This document shows positions 40,605 to 52,523 of a stretch of 64,000 bases of DNA, in pieces. The notes beneath the pieces are model-generated. The model ran no database searches. It saw nothing but the letters and a program-made list of their open reading frames with translations, and was not told the origin of the DNA. The translations under genes were made by a program, and so were the position numbers. The stretch is from Camelus ferus (Eukaryota), in the NCBI RefSeq assembly GCF_009834535.1, contig NC_045697.1, forward strand, positions 36,644,001-36,708,000. The letters are read 5' to 3'. Positions within the stretch are counted from its first letter, which is position 1; the number at the start of each line of letters is the position of its first letter.

Positions 40605-41370
40605 TTTCTTTTTTTTTTAATTGTGATAGGAACACTTCACATGAAATCAACTAATCAACCCTGTTAACAATTTTCAAGTGTGCTGCACAGTACTATGAGC
40701 TCTGAGCACCCTGTGCACAGCAGCTATCTAGCACGTACTCATCCTGCACAACTGAAACGTTACACTTGTTGAACACCAGCTTCCCATTTCCATCTCTCCT
40801 CAGCCCCTGGCAACCACCATTCGACTCTGTTTCTACGAGCAGAATCATGACATCTTTGCCCTTCTGTGACTGGCTTATTTCACTTAGAAAAATGTTCTCC
40901 AGGTTCATCCATTTGGTTGTGTAATTTAGGACTGCCTTCTTTTTTGAGGCTGAAAAGTATTCCATTGTAGGTATATGCCATGTCTTCTTTAGCCATTCAT
41001 CCATCAATGGACATTTAGATTGTTTCCACCTTTTGGCTATTGTCAACAAGGCTGCAATGAACATGAGAATGCAACTATCTCTTCAAGATCCTGATTTCAA
41101 TTCTTTTGGATAAATACTCAGAAGTGAGATTGTTGGTAGTTCTATTTTTAATTTTTTGAGGAACCTCCATACTGTCTTCTATAGTGGCTGCACCATTTTA
41201 CATTCCCACCAATAAGGATTCCAGTTTCTCCAAATTCTCACTGATGCTTGTTATCTCTAGTGTTTTTTTAAACAAGAGCCATACTAATAGGTGTGAGGTG
41301 ATATCTCACTATGGTTTTGACTTGCCTTCCCCTGATGACTAGAGATGCTGGGCATATTTTCATGTACCGG
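40605..41370 (-). mobile_element. L1MA-like 3' end (ORF2 C-terminus plus UTR)
   Basis: ORF 40693..41064(-), [19 protein letters not shown]...LENIFLSEISQSQK, is the L1 ORF2 C-terminus. Confidence 0.92.
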
Positions 41371-42758
41371 CTGGGACAGCAACTATTTATTGAACAACCG
41401 TGAGCTCCATGAGGGCAGAGATCGTTTTGTTCATGTCTCTGTCCCCATTGTTAGAGTCAGACATGTGGTAGGTACCCAAAATATTTTTTGAATGAGTATA
41501 TGCCATGCACTCCACAGATACTATTTCCAAATTCCTATTAAATGCTCAGAGGTAGGCATTAACACCCCCATCTTAGGGATGATAAAACTGAGACTTGGAG
41601 AAAGTAAGTATTTGCTTGAGATCACATAGGCAGGCAGTGGGGGGATTTAGGACCTAAAACCTAGATCTCTCTGATGTTAACAAGCAGACCCACCCTCTAT
41701 ACTTCTCTGCTTTTGGCCATATTAGTATTCCTTTAGAGCAAAAACTCAAAGGCAAATTGGGTCATCAAGGCAAGTAAAGCCTCTGGATAAAAGCCAGACT
41801 CACAGAAACTAGAATAAACTGCCAGGAACAGAACACCCAGTCTACTGCCTGGGAAGTGCTGTGATTTGCAGAGTTCCAAGCAGACTGGCTTACTATCTCA
41901 GATCTCAAGTTCTAGCTGCCTTCACTTTAAAATCAATTATTTGAGTGAATTAAAATTTCCCACCTCAAAAGAGATGATGATTATAAAATCCTTTTCTCCT
42001 CTTAAACAGTTAAGCCCAAACCAGCAGCACAACTGTTACAACTGAACTTACTTTGATATTTTACAAGGGGTAAGGCCAAATAACGATGGATGTGGAAATC
42101 TACCACAGTCTTTCTTGGACTTAGTAAGACATCCTATGTATAGAAAAACATCTTGGGTAAAACCCGATAAGCCAATATTGGCTTAATTCAAAATTACACG
42201 TAATTTGAAACAACTGCTTTTTCCTTAGCCAACTGGGTACCCTATATTGTTCTTTAGTAAAAATGACAGAAAGTCCAAAATCAAAGTCAATTTCTCCCCC
42301 AAGAAAGCCATGTTTCCTATTAATGAGGCTCTACTGAAAACCACTCTGGCCAGGAGTAGGGGTCTCCATCACTACCCTAGAGTGGGAGGATTGTTCGTGG
42401 TTAGCCAAGGCCCTAGAGACTTGAAATTTTGCTTTCAAATGTGAAAGGACAATTAAACTTGGTCTGAATGAACCAGCCTCTGGAGCAGTTGAAGCAGAGA
42501 TAAGAATTTAAGTTTCAAAGGTCTTAGTTGTTTTGCTCTATTCATAACTTGCTCAGAGAAATGCCCAGAATGGATCCTGTGTAGTGGTACCCATTCTTTT
42601 TTTGTTGCAGCAGAGTATTCCATTGTATGACTTTACTTATGCTATGTCTGTTAACCCATTTTTATGTTGGTGGACATTTAGACTGCTTTCAGATTAGAGG
42701 TATTAGAAGTGAAGTAGCAGCTATCGCCAGGGGCTGGGGGAAGAGGGAGTGGTGTTAG

Positions 42759-43188
42759 TGCTAAGGACTGAACTGTGTTCCCCCAAAATTCATATGTTAA
42801 AGCCCTAGCATCCACAGTGATGGTATTTGGAGACAAAGCCTTTACAGAAGTAAGTAAGGCTAAATGAGCTCATGAGGGTGGGGCCCTGATCCGATAGGAT
42901 TAGTGTGCTTATACAAAGAGACACCAGAGAGCTCTTGGTCTGGACGAAGCTCTCTCTCCTGGTGCACGAAGAAGAGAGAGCTCCTGGTGCACGAAGAAGA
43001 GGTTATGTGAACGCACAGTGAGAAGGTGGCTGCCTGCAAACCAGGAAAAGAGCCCTCACCGGAACCTGACTGTGCTGGCACCCTGATCTCAGGCTTCCAG
43101 ACCCCGGAACTGTGAGAGAGCAGTCTCTGCCGTTTATGATGTCCAGTCCATCCTGTTTTGTTATGGCAACGCCAAGCAGACTAAGACA
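42759..43188 (+). mobile_element. MLT1A-like solo LTR
   Basis: tgctaaggactgaactgtgttcccccaaaattcatatgttaaagccctag ... gcagactaagaca. Confidence 0.88.
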
Positions 43189-43411
43189 GGTAAATTGGGT
43201 GTGAGCAAGTTACTGACTAGACAGGGACACAAAGGAGCTCTTCACAAGAGGGTGAAGGAAATACTCTGTTTCTTGATCTGAGGAGTAGTTACATGGATGG
43301 ACACATAGGTGAACAGATCTATCAAACTGTCTGTTTAAGATTTGTACATTTTTATATATGCAAATTTTACTTAAACTTAAAAAAACCCTTCCTACTCCCA
43401 TCCTTCCCAAT

Positions 43412-43895
43412 TGTCTTTGTCAGCTTGGACTGCTGTAACAAAACATCACAGACTGGGTGGCTTATTAAAAAAAAAAAATTGATTTCTCACAGTTCTGGAG
43501 GCTGGAAGTCTGGGATCAAGGCACCAGTACACATGTGGAGGGCTCTCTTCTGGGTTGCAGATGTCTTGTGGTGTCCTCACATGACGAAGGGGCCAGGGGT
43601 CTCTCCAGAGGCTCTGATATAAGGTCACTAATCAGGGGTGGGGGGTTATCGCTCAGGGGCAGAGTGGGTGCTTGGTGTGCATGAGGTCCTGGGTTCAAAC
43701 CCTAGTGCCTCCATTAGGGGAAAAAAACAAGTAAAAAGAATTATTTAAAAAGAAAGGGCACTAATCCCATTCATGAGGGCTCCACCCTCATGACCTAACC
43801 ACTTCCTAAAGGCCCCACCTCCTAATACCTTCACTGTGGTAGGTAGGATCTCAACATACGAATTTCCGAGGGATACCAACATTCAGACCTTAGCA
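43412..43895 (-). mobile_element. MLT1A-like solo LTR interrupted by a SINE
   Basis: ctgctgtaacaaaacatcacagactgggtggctt ... cccattcatgagggctccaccctcatgacc ... aacattcagaccttagca. Confidence 0.88.
43634..43753 (+). mobile_element. Diverged Vic-1-like SINE inside the MLT1
   Basis: gctcaggggcagag...gaggtcctgggttcaaaccctagtgcctcc. TSD aaggtcactaatc (43621-43633) / aagggcactaatc (43754-43766). Confidence 0.9.
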
Positions 43896-44069
43896 CTAGG
43901 GGAATCTGTGCTTAGAAAAGATAACAAAATCACTGTAACACCTTGGAGCAAGGCAGGCAGGAGGGAAACTGACATATATCATTTATGTCTGATGTATTTA
44001 TATAGACATATGCATGAAATAAACAACTCAGGGGGTTACACAACTTGCCCTAGAGCAAGCAACTGCCAG

Positions 44070-44890
44070 ACGGCAGAGCCCGGCTGCTCTCAGGCCCTGC
44101 CCCTTGCCCCAACCACTGGCTGATAGCGACGGGCTCAGCCGAGGGCATGCGCAGGAAGGACACCCGGAAGCGCCCGAGGCTGCAGAGTGGGCAGGGAGGC
44201 CTGGGGTCAGGAGGCCAACTCTCTGGGCACAGAGCCTGGGTCACCCTGTCTGAGGGACACGCTGCCGGCGCCGCCTTGTAGGAAGGGAGTTGAACCGAGG
44301 GCAGCTGGAAGGAGTAGGCAGTGGGAACCAACAGCTCCAGGAGAGGAGCTGCACCACCAACCGGGCAGCGGGGCCAAGAACAATAGGAAGCTACCACCAC
44401 ACCCCTGCTCACTGCGGCCCGGAGACCCAGGTCAGTTTCTCCAAAGGGCCTTCTGTAGATGTTATATAAACAAAACCTCCACTGACTGCAGTCTGGGCCT
44501 GGCCCAAAATAGCCCACGGGCTTTCCCCCGACTCTGCAGTTTCTCTGCCATCCCTCAAGGTCCTCGCTGTGGATGAGCTGCTTCCCTCCGTGATTACATG
44601 TACGGACGTCACTCTACAGCGCCTCCAAGAGGTTGCCCCGAGCAGCGAAAGGCCGGCTTTTTGTTTTCCTTGGCAGGCATGCCTCGTCGCTCTAAGCTCT
44701 TTGATGGCTCCTGGGCCAAGGGACACGCCTCCGCTCACCAGCGAGGCAGGAAGCAGGTTCTGAGGGACAGCTGGCTTGGCCAGCAGCAGGCCTGAGAGGG
44801 GCTGGCTCAGTCTCTGTCTCTGTCTCTCTCCCCGCCACTCTTTGTAGGAGGGAGTTTGAGTGAGATCCAAGAGTAAACTCTCCAGGTAAG
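44070..44890. promoter_or_regulatory. Weak CpG-island, promoter-like region
   Basis: About 33 CpGs counted by hand in about 700 bp, well above the local background. NRF1-like GCATGCGCA (44145-44153), ETS CCGGAAG (44164-44170), TATATAAA (44463-44470), CRE-like GACGTCA (44605-44611) and splice donor CAG|gtaag after 44885. Confidence 0.55.
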
Positions 44891-46188
44891 AGCAAGAGGT
44901 TTCCTTGTCAGGGTTTCTTTTGGAGCTTGCTTTGGGTACGGAATGCTCTGCTCCTTCCTCTGAGCTTCTGTACGACTCCTGACTCTTATTTATGCTGCTT
45001 CTTCATTTTGCAGAAAATCGTTCCATCTGTGCACATCTGGAGATTCACAGATCTGTGACACAGCCTGGACTCACCCCGGGCTTTCCCACCTCGACACAGA
45101 TCTCCTAACACTTATTATGATCTTTTTCTCTGGCCACCTGCACTGCCCCAGGGTCCTAACTCATAAAAATAACAAAATGGTATCTACAATTAAAAAAAAA
45201 TTATGTTAAATACTTACTGTGTGCCTGATACTAAGCTAAGTATCTTATGCTGTTTTATTTTGCATAGAACAGTCCAATGAGACGGGTACAGTTATCATCT
45301 CTAGACTGCAGAAGAGTAAACTGCAGTTTAGAAATAATATAGGACTTGTCCAAGACACAGCAGAGGTGGAACACAGACACAAGTCTGTGGGGCTGGTTTT
45401 CACGTCTTAACCATTGCCTCACATGTCCCGGAAAAAAGTCAGTAGGGTCTTATAGCACCTTTTTCTACCTTGTTCAAAGTCTAAGCTACTGTATCTGTTA
45501 TCAATATAATTAAATATATCACAATGATCAATTAATCATCCAACTAATATTTATTGTGTATTTTCTCTGGGCAGGATGCTATTTGAGTCTACACCAGGAA
45601 AAAAAAAAAAAGGATGATGTGAATAAATGACTCATATTTTATTAACAGTTGTACTTCAGTTGTGAGAGGGTCTTGTGTTTCCCAGGTTGGAGATCCCCCA
45701 TCTAGGTCTCCAGCCAAGAACCAGGTCTGTCAGCCTGGAGGAGGGAGGGTGGGAAACAATGGGAACGTAGGGAGAGCTGGGAGGGACTCCACAGGATCCA
45801 GAGGATAGGTCCACAGTCAGTCCAAGGGGACAGAGCCAAGCCATGGAGACTCAGCAGGGGGGTGATGACCCCGGAAACCCTGGCACTCTGAGCAATTTAG
45901 TTCAGATCCAGGTACTCTTCACTCTGGTGGCCTCTGTGAGGCTAGCTGATTCCTGGGTTGCTCTAGGATAACCTCCAGGCCTGAGGCAGCTGTGCCCTTA
46001 AATGGAGTCAAAGCCTTAATTTATACCTAGGAAAAAGCCCTACCTCTCTGGGTTCCAACAGTTTTATTCTTTATTCATGTTATTCATCTGTCCATCCATC
46101 CATCCATCCATCCATCCCAGAAACATTTCTTGAGCATCTACCATGTGCTAGTACAAGGGAGACAGAGATGCATTTTGAAAGTAATGCA

Positions 46189-46438
46189 TGAAAAATAGAA
46201 TTAATACTGCTGTACATTATACAGGAAATTTAAGAGAGTTAAGAGAGTAAATCCTAAGAGTTCTCATCACAAGAAATTTTTTTTTTCCTATTTCTTTAAC
46301 TTTGCGTCTATGAGATGATGGATGTTCACTATGCTTATCACGATAATTGTTTTATGACATATGTAAGTCAAATCATTATGCTGTACACATTAAACCTATA
46401 CAGTGCTGTATGTCAATTCTCTCTCAATAAAACTGGAA
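46189..46438 (+). mobile_element. L1-type 3' tail (first part of the composite insertion)
   Basis: gagagtaaatcctaagagttctcatcacaag ... tgtcaatt..tctcaataaaactggaa. Confidence 0.85.
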
Positions 46439-48446
46439 GAACAAAAACTACTAGAGCTGATCGAAGAATTCAGCAAGGTAGCGGGTTACAAGATTAACGT
46501 TCAAAAATCAGTTGCATTTCTTTACACTAACAATGAATCAACAGAAAAAGAAAGTAAAGAAACAATCCCCTTTAAAATAGCACCCAAAGTAATAAAATAT
46601 CTAGGAATAAATCTAACCAAGGAGGTGAAAGAATTATACATTGAAAACTATAAACCATTGATGAAGGAAATTAAAGAAGACTTTTAAAAGTGGAAAGATA
46701 TCCCATGCTCTTTGATTGGAAGAATCAATATTGTTAAAATGGTCACACTGCCCAAGGCAATCTACAGATTTAATGCAATCCCTATCAAATTACCCAGGAC
46801 ATATTTCACAGAACTAGAACAAATCATAATAAAATTTATATGGAACCATCAAAGACCTAGAATTGCCAAAGCATTACTGAAGAGAAAGAAAGTGGCTGGA
46901 GGAATAACTCTCCCAGACTTCAGACAATACTGTAGAGCTACAGTCATCAAGACAGCATGGTATTGGTACAAAAACAGACATACAGACCAATGGAACAGAA
47001 TAGAGGGCCCAGAAATGAACCCACAAACTTTTGGTCAACTAATCTTCGACAAAGGAGGCAAGAATATACAATGGAATAAAGACAGCCTCTTCAGCAAATG
47101 GTGTTGGGAAAACTGGACAGCAGCATGTAAAACAATGAAGCTAGAACACTCCCTTACACCATACACAAAAATAAACTCAAAATGGATCAAAGACTTAAAC
47201 ATAAGACAAGATACAATAAACCTCCTGGAAGAAAATATAGGCAAAACATTATCTGACATACATCTCAAAAATGTTCTCCTAGAACAGTCTACTCAAGCAA
47301 TAGAAATAAAAGCAAGAATAAACAAATGGGACCTAATGAAACTTACAAGCTTCTGCACAGCAAAAGAAACCATAAGTAAAACAAAAAGACAACCTACAGA
47401 ATGGGAGAAAATTTTTGCAAATGAAAGCGACAAAGGCTTGATCTCCAGAATATATAAGTAGCTTATACAACTTAATAAGAAAAAAACAAACAACCCAATC
47501 CAAAAATGGGCAGAAGACCTAAACAAGCAATTCTCCAAGGAAGACATACAAATGATCAAAAAGCACATGAAAAAATGCTCAATATCACTAATTATCAGAG
47601 AAATACAAATCAAAACTACAATGAGGTATCACCTCACACCAGTCAGAATGGCCACCATTCAAAAACCCACAAATGACAAATGCTGGAGGGGCTGTGGAGA
47701 AAAGGGAACCCTCCTTCACTGCTGGTGGGAATGCAGTTTGGTGCAGCCACTGTGGAAAACAATATGGAGATTCCTCAGAAGACTAGGAATAGAGTTACCA
47801 TGTGACCCAGGAATCCCACTCCTGGGCATATATCCAGAAGGAACCCTACTTCAGGATGACACGTGCACCCCAATGTTCATAGCAGCACTATTTACAATAG
47901 CCAAGACATGGAAACAGCCTAAATGTCCATCAACAGATGACTGGATAAACAAGAGGTGGTATATTTATACAATGGAATACTACTCAGCCATAAAAACCGA
48001 CAACATAACGCCATTTGCAACAACATGGATGCTCCTGGAGAATGTCATTCTAAGTGAAGTAAGCCAGAAAGAGAAAGAAAAATACCATATGAGATCGCTC
48101 ATATGTGGAATCTAAAAAACAAAAAACAAACAAACAAAAAATAAAGCATAAATACAAAACAGAAATAGACTCATAGACATAGAATACAAACTTGTGATTG
48201 CCAAGGGGGCGGGGGATGGGAAGAGACAGACTGAGATTTCAAAATTGTAGAATAAATAAACAAGATTATACTGTACAGCACAGGGAAATATATACAAGAT
48301 CTTATGGTAGCTCACAGAGAAAAAATGTGACAATGAATGTATATATGTTCACGTATAATTGAAAAATTGTGCTCTACACTGGAATTTGACACAACATTGT
48401 AAAATGATTATAAATCAATAAAAAATGTTTAAAAAAAAACTAAAAA
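46439..48446 (+). mobile_element. Young 5'-truncated LINE-1 (about 2 kb)
   Basis: End of the RT region through the CCHC motif of ORF2, a complete 3' UTR and polyA. TSD aaaactggaa at 46429-46438 and 48447-48456. Confidence 0.97.
46442..48115 (+). pseudogene. LINE-1 ORF2p C-terminal part (RT end plus CCHC), two nonsense codons
   Basis: ORFs 46403..46687, 46712..47461 and 47552..48115 share one frame. Motifs [26 protein letters not shown] and [18 protein letters not shown]. Confidence 0.95.
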
Positions 48447-48477
48447 AAAACTGGAATCAAAAAAGAAAAAAGAAACA

Positions 48478-48813
48478 AACAAAATGTCTATCAACTGCTG
48501 AATCCAGGAACGAATTCTGATGTGCCCATACAATGGAATACTACTCAGCAAGCAAAAGGAATGGAATATTAATATACACAACAATATAGATGAAATCTTA
48601 AAATTGTGATCAGTGAAAAAAGCCAGATAAATCTCATCTCAAGGAGAAAATGTTTTTTCTTTTCTTTTTATTATATCTATATGAGATGGTTAATGTTATC
48701 TGAACCTATTGTGGGAATCCTTTCACAATATATGTAAATCAAACCATCATGCTACACCTTAAACTGACACAATGATGGATACCAATTATTTCTCAAAAAA
48801 AATGGAAGGAAAA
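48478..48813 (+). mobile_element. Old L1M fragment (48478-48628) followed by a second L1-type tail (48630-48813)
   Basis: aaatgtctatcaactg...catacaatggaatactactcagcaa, then tctcatctcaaggagaaaa...tgtaaatcaaaccatcatgctacaccttaaac. Confidence 0.8.
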
Positions 48814-51033
48814 AAAGTAATGCAATGTGATCTTGCCTACCAGGAGTTCAAGGTCTCGTGGAGGAGGTGGAGAAGATAAACAGTGGTGGTGCAGAATGTT
48901 AAGGGCAGCGATACACGTCATCACAGGCTCTGAAAGTGCATAGTGGATCCCTGACTTGGTCTTCGTGAGAGGTGCTGGTGGTGTGTGAGTGTGCCTGCCT
49001 CTGCACTCACACAGGGAGGAGGGGTGAGGATGTGCAGAGGCTTCCCAAGGGGATTGTAGAGGCCACTTACTTCCTTCTCTTGATGCTTCCTTGCAGGTGG
49101 ACACCTTCACTAGAGCACCACTCCTGGGCTCCTGCCATCCCTTTACGTATCTTTCTCATGGGGAGAGGGATGCCTTATCTGATCAGTGAGTTCCGGAGAG
49201 GGAACTGGGACAGAGTGACTCAGTCATTCCCTGGTGGGGACCATTCCTTCTGCTCGCCTATTCTGTAAACTTTACAGAGGCAGGCTTTTGTCAGGAATTT
49301 ACTGCTTGTAACCGGGTAAGTTCAGCACAGAGGGAGGAATTGGAAGGCCACTTGGCTAATATATTTAAAGCCACACTCACCATCCCAGCTTTTATCAGCA
49401 CTGTCATTTTGATCTCCATTTGCCTTATCAGACTCCCTCAAACCCCAGCATAGGTAATGCTTATGTGGAGACTGGGTAGGCATGGAGAAGTGTGCAGCAG
49501 GGGTGAATGTACCACTCTGGCTGGGCTGAGAGTCATCTTCACTCCACATGCTGAATGTGACCAGATGACTTTGAACTCTATAGAGAGAAGAGACATTTTC
49601 AGGGACTTTCTTTGCCTCTTCCCCTGCTTTAGAGCTTCCTGTTGCAAGATAAAAGAAGCAAATCTGGACTGCCCTTCCTTAAGAGTCTGTAGCAGTTCAA
49701 CAAAGGTCATGAATGGCCTTTGGTCTAAGCCTGGAACTCCCACTGATGTCCCAGACTGGCCTCTTGGGAGAGCTGCCTGCCTTCCTCTCAGTCTGCCTTT
49801 ATTTTGAAAGGGCCCCTTTGGTGAATGTGTTTTGGCTTGCTTTTCTGGAACACCTTTGCCCTGTTGTTTCTCATGCTTGTTGACTTCCTGTGGAGCTGAA
49901 CTTGGGATCATATTTGTTCCTAGAAGAAAATGCTGTTTCCATATTAACCTGTACCTCTTGGAAGGCCTGTCAGGATTACTGCCCCCTGTTTCTCAGATGA
50001 CAAGTTACTGATATGCAAAGAGAGAGCCAAGGTGATGGAGCACCCAAAAAGCACTGGCAAAACCAGAAGGTCCCACTCACACACCCCTGAGTAGTCTCCC
50101 ATCAGACGATGCCGTTTCCTCATTGAGTCTATCAACTGCTTCCTCAATTGTTAACCGGATGGTTCCTTTTCTTGTAGGTTTTATGACACCGATAGCCTCA
50201 GAGTGACTAATAGCCCAGTAGAGGGAGCTGTGTTCAACAAGCTGAATGTAAGATGCTTGCCATTAGCCAAGCAGGTGGTCCCTGTGTATACTTTGGAACT
50301 TCCATTTATCAATGGGTGGTTGCCTAATCAAAAGCTCTGAGCCAGAGCAAAGCTTTTGCAAGGTGGTGTCTTGGGGTTTGTGGCCTTCTCAGGATTGGGC
50401 ATCTTGCTTCCATCAGCAGAGCTTGGTTTTGGCTCAGCTCGACAGCTGCCACAGGCTTGCAGATTCCAGAGGCGGGGGGCCTGGCTCCAGTGTAGTGAGA
50501 GAGATGCGTGATTCCGCTGACCATGCACTCACACACCGGGCAGGGCCGCTCATGTTCACGGACTCTGGAGATAGATCCTGTGTCAGAGAAACCTATAACT
50601 TAGGAAGTTTGTTAGCAACTGGTTTTGAGGGCAGCAACTGGGAAGGAGATGCAGTAATAGGGGAATCTTGCAGAAATGTTTGGAGCTGGTGTTCACCTAA
50701 CCCATTAGCTCCTTGCAGGGCCTCAGACTGGGCTAAATTCAAATGCTGGGTGGCTGTTGGTAAAGACTTTTACTAATAAATCTCTGTGACCAAGATCATT
50801 ATGAAATTGGAAAATATCAAGCAAAAGCAGTATTGTCGGTGTGTGTTTGGATTTGCGTGAAAACAGGAATTATTAAAATTGATTACAGGTCATAAAGGGT
50901 AACAATGGCAGAGGCAGGAAAGCTGGCAACACTAGCATCTTTGAGGAATCACAGTTGCTCATGGTATTTTTAACAAGCAAACCCATTGGGAAATAAGAAA
51001 GAAACAAGATGGCACAAGGGGAGACTTGACCAT

Positions 51034-51363
51034 GTGTACTGGTTTGCTCAGGCTGCCATAACAAAATCTCACAGACTAAGTGGTTCAAAAAATGGAAATT
51101 TATTGCCTACAGTTCTGGAAGCTGGAAGTCCAAGCTGAAGGTATTGACAAGGTTGGCTTCTCTCCTTGGCTTGCAGATGGCTGCCCTCTTTCTGCCTCTT
51201 AATGAGGTTGCTCCTGCTATGCACTAGCACCCCTGGTCTGCTTTTCTTCCTATAAGGACACCAGTCTCATTGGATTAGGATTCACTCTAATGCTCTCACT
51301 TAAACTAACTGCCTCTTTAGAGAACTTATGAACTTTAAGGGGGACACAATTCAGCCCCTCACA
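51034..51363 (-). mobile_element. MLT1-like solo LTR
   Basis: gtttgctcaggctgccataacaaaat...cagttctggaagctggaagtccaag ... ggggacacaattcagccc. Confidence 0.85.
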
Positions 51364-52523
51364 CCATGAAAGTCCAGAACAAAAAATTTGTACCAATTTA
51401 CTGTAAGTAATGCTAGTTGTTATAACAGATAAATCCTGAAGTCTTAGGGCTTAACACAATAAAAAATTAATTTTCATTCACATCCATGTCTATTTCAGTC
51501 AATTAGAGGCTATGGGGTAGCTGGACAAAGGGCAGTCATTTAGGGACCTAGCAACCATCTTCAACACATGCAAAGGACATTTTAGGCTGAGAAATTAGGA
51601 GGAAAGTGTGGAGAAGGCATGCAACTCTCAGTGACCTTGGCCCAGAAAGTGATACATCATTTCCCCTTACACTCCATCTGCAAGAGCTAGTCTTACTCTC
51701 CCACCTGGATGAAAGGGCCTGGGAGATGTAGTTTGTGTCTAAGCCTAGAAAAGGAAGCAGGTTGGGTGACCATCCAGTCAGTTGCTGCCACAGGAATGAA
51801 ATAAGCCAGTCTCAGGTCTAAAGATGGGCCAGTTGTTCTGGGGACTGGTGACCAGGTACTACAGAGAGAGTCAAGCAAACATACAGAGGACAGAGGCACT
51901 AGGGGATCCTTGAGGTTCCCAAGGCCATGATGAACCTTGGTCTTGAGAAGCGCTCCCCAACCTTATTCATGTCCTGGCACACACAGAAAATGATCTTTCT
52001 TGTACTGAGACTACAGATGAGGCTATTTGAGGCCAGAGGCTCCAGCCACTCCAGGTGGCCACCTGGCCACTGGGAAGGCTGAGGACCATATATGGTGGCC
52101 TGATTTCAACACAGTAGTGTGCAGTCACCAATGAGGGGGACAGCTGTGATTTAGAGAACAAAGCAGGGGACATGTAGACCAGATGTGTATTCTGGGCAGA
52201 CCAGAACCTACTGCTGCCATGGTAGGATAAAACCCACAAGAGGGGAACCAGGGGCTGTAAGATCCAGGGGAAGCAGAATTGTCCTGAGGGCTCTACGGGA
52301 TGATAAAGTGCTGGGACCACAGGCTCCCCCTTCATCTGGAAGCCATATTCAGAGTGGCAGGGTCCCTCCTCGTGAGCAGGGCTAGTGCTAGTGCGTTGGA
52401 CTATCAATTATGTTATGTTTGTAGCAACATTTCCTTCTCTCTCCTGAAGTAATTCACTGGGGGAGAATTACAAAAGAAACCCAAACACAGACATTAATAT
52501 CCACCAGAAAACACAACGAAGGA

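Noticed and set aside
44050..44895. Multiple ORFs of up to 155 aa over the CpG region
   Set aside because: Such ORFs are expected in GC-rich sequence. They occur on both strands and resemble no protein I recognise.
46403..48115. Host protein-coding gene or novel reverse-transcriptase system
   Set aside because: It is ordinary 5'-truncated L1 ORF2 lacking the endonuclease domain and the catalytic RT core, with two stop codons.
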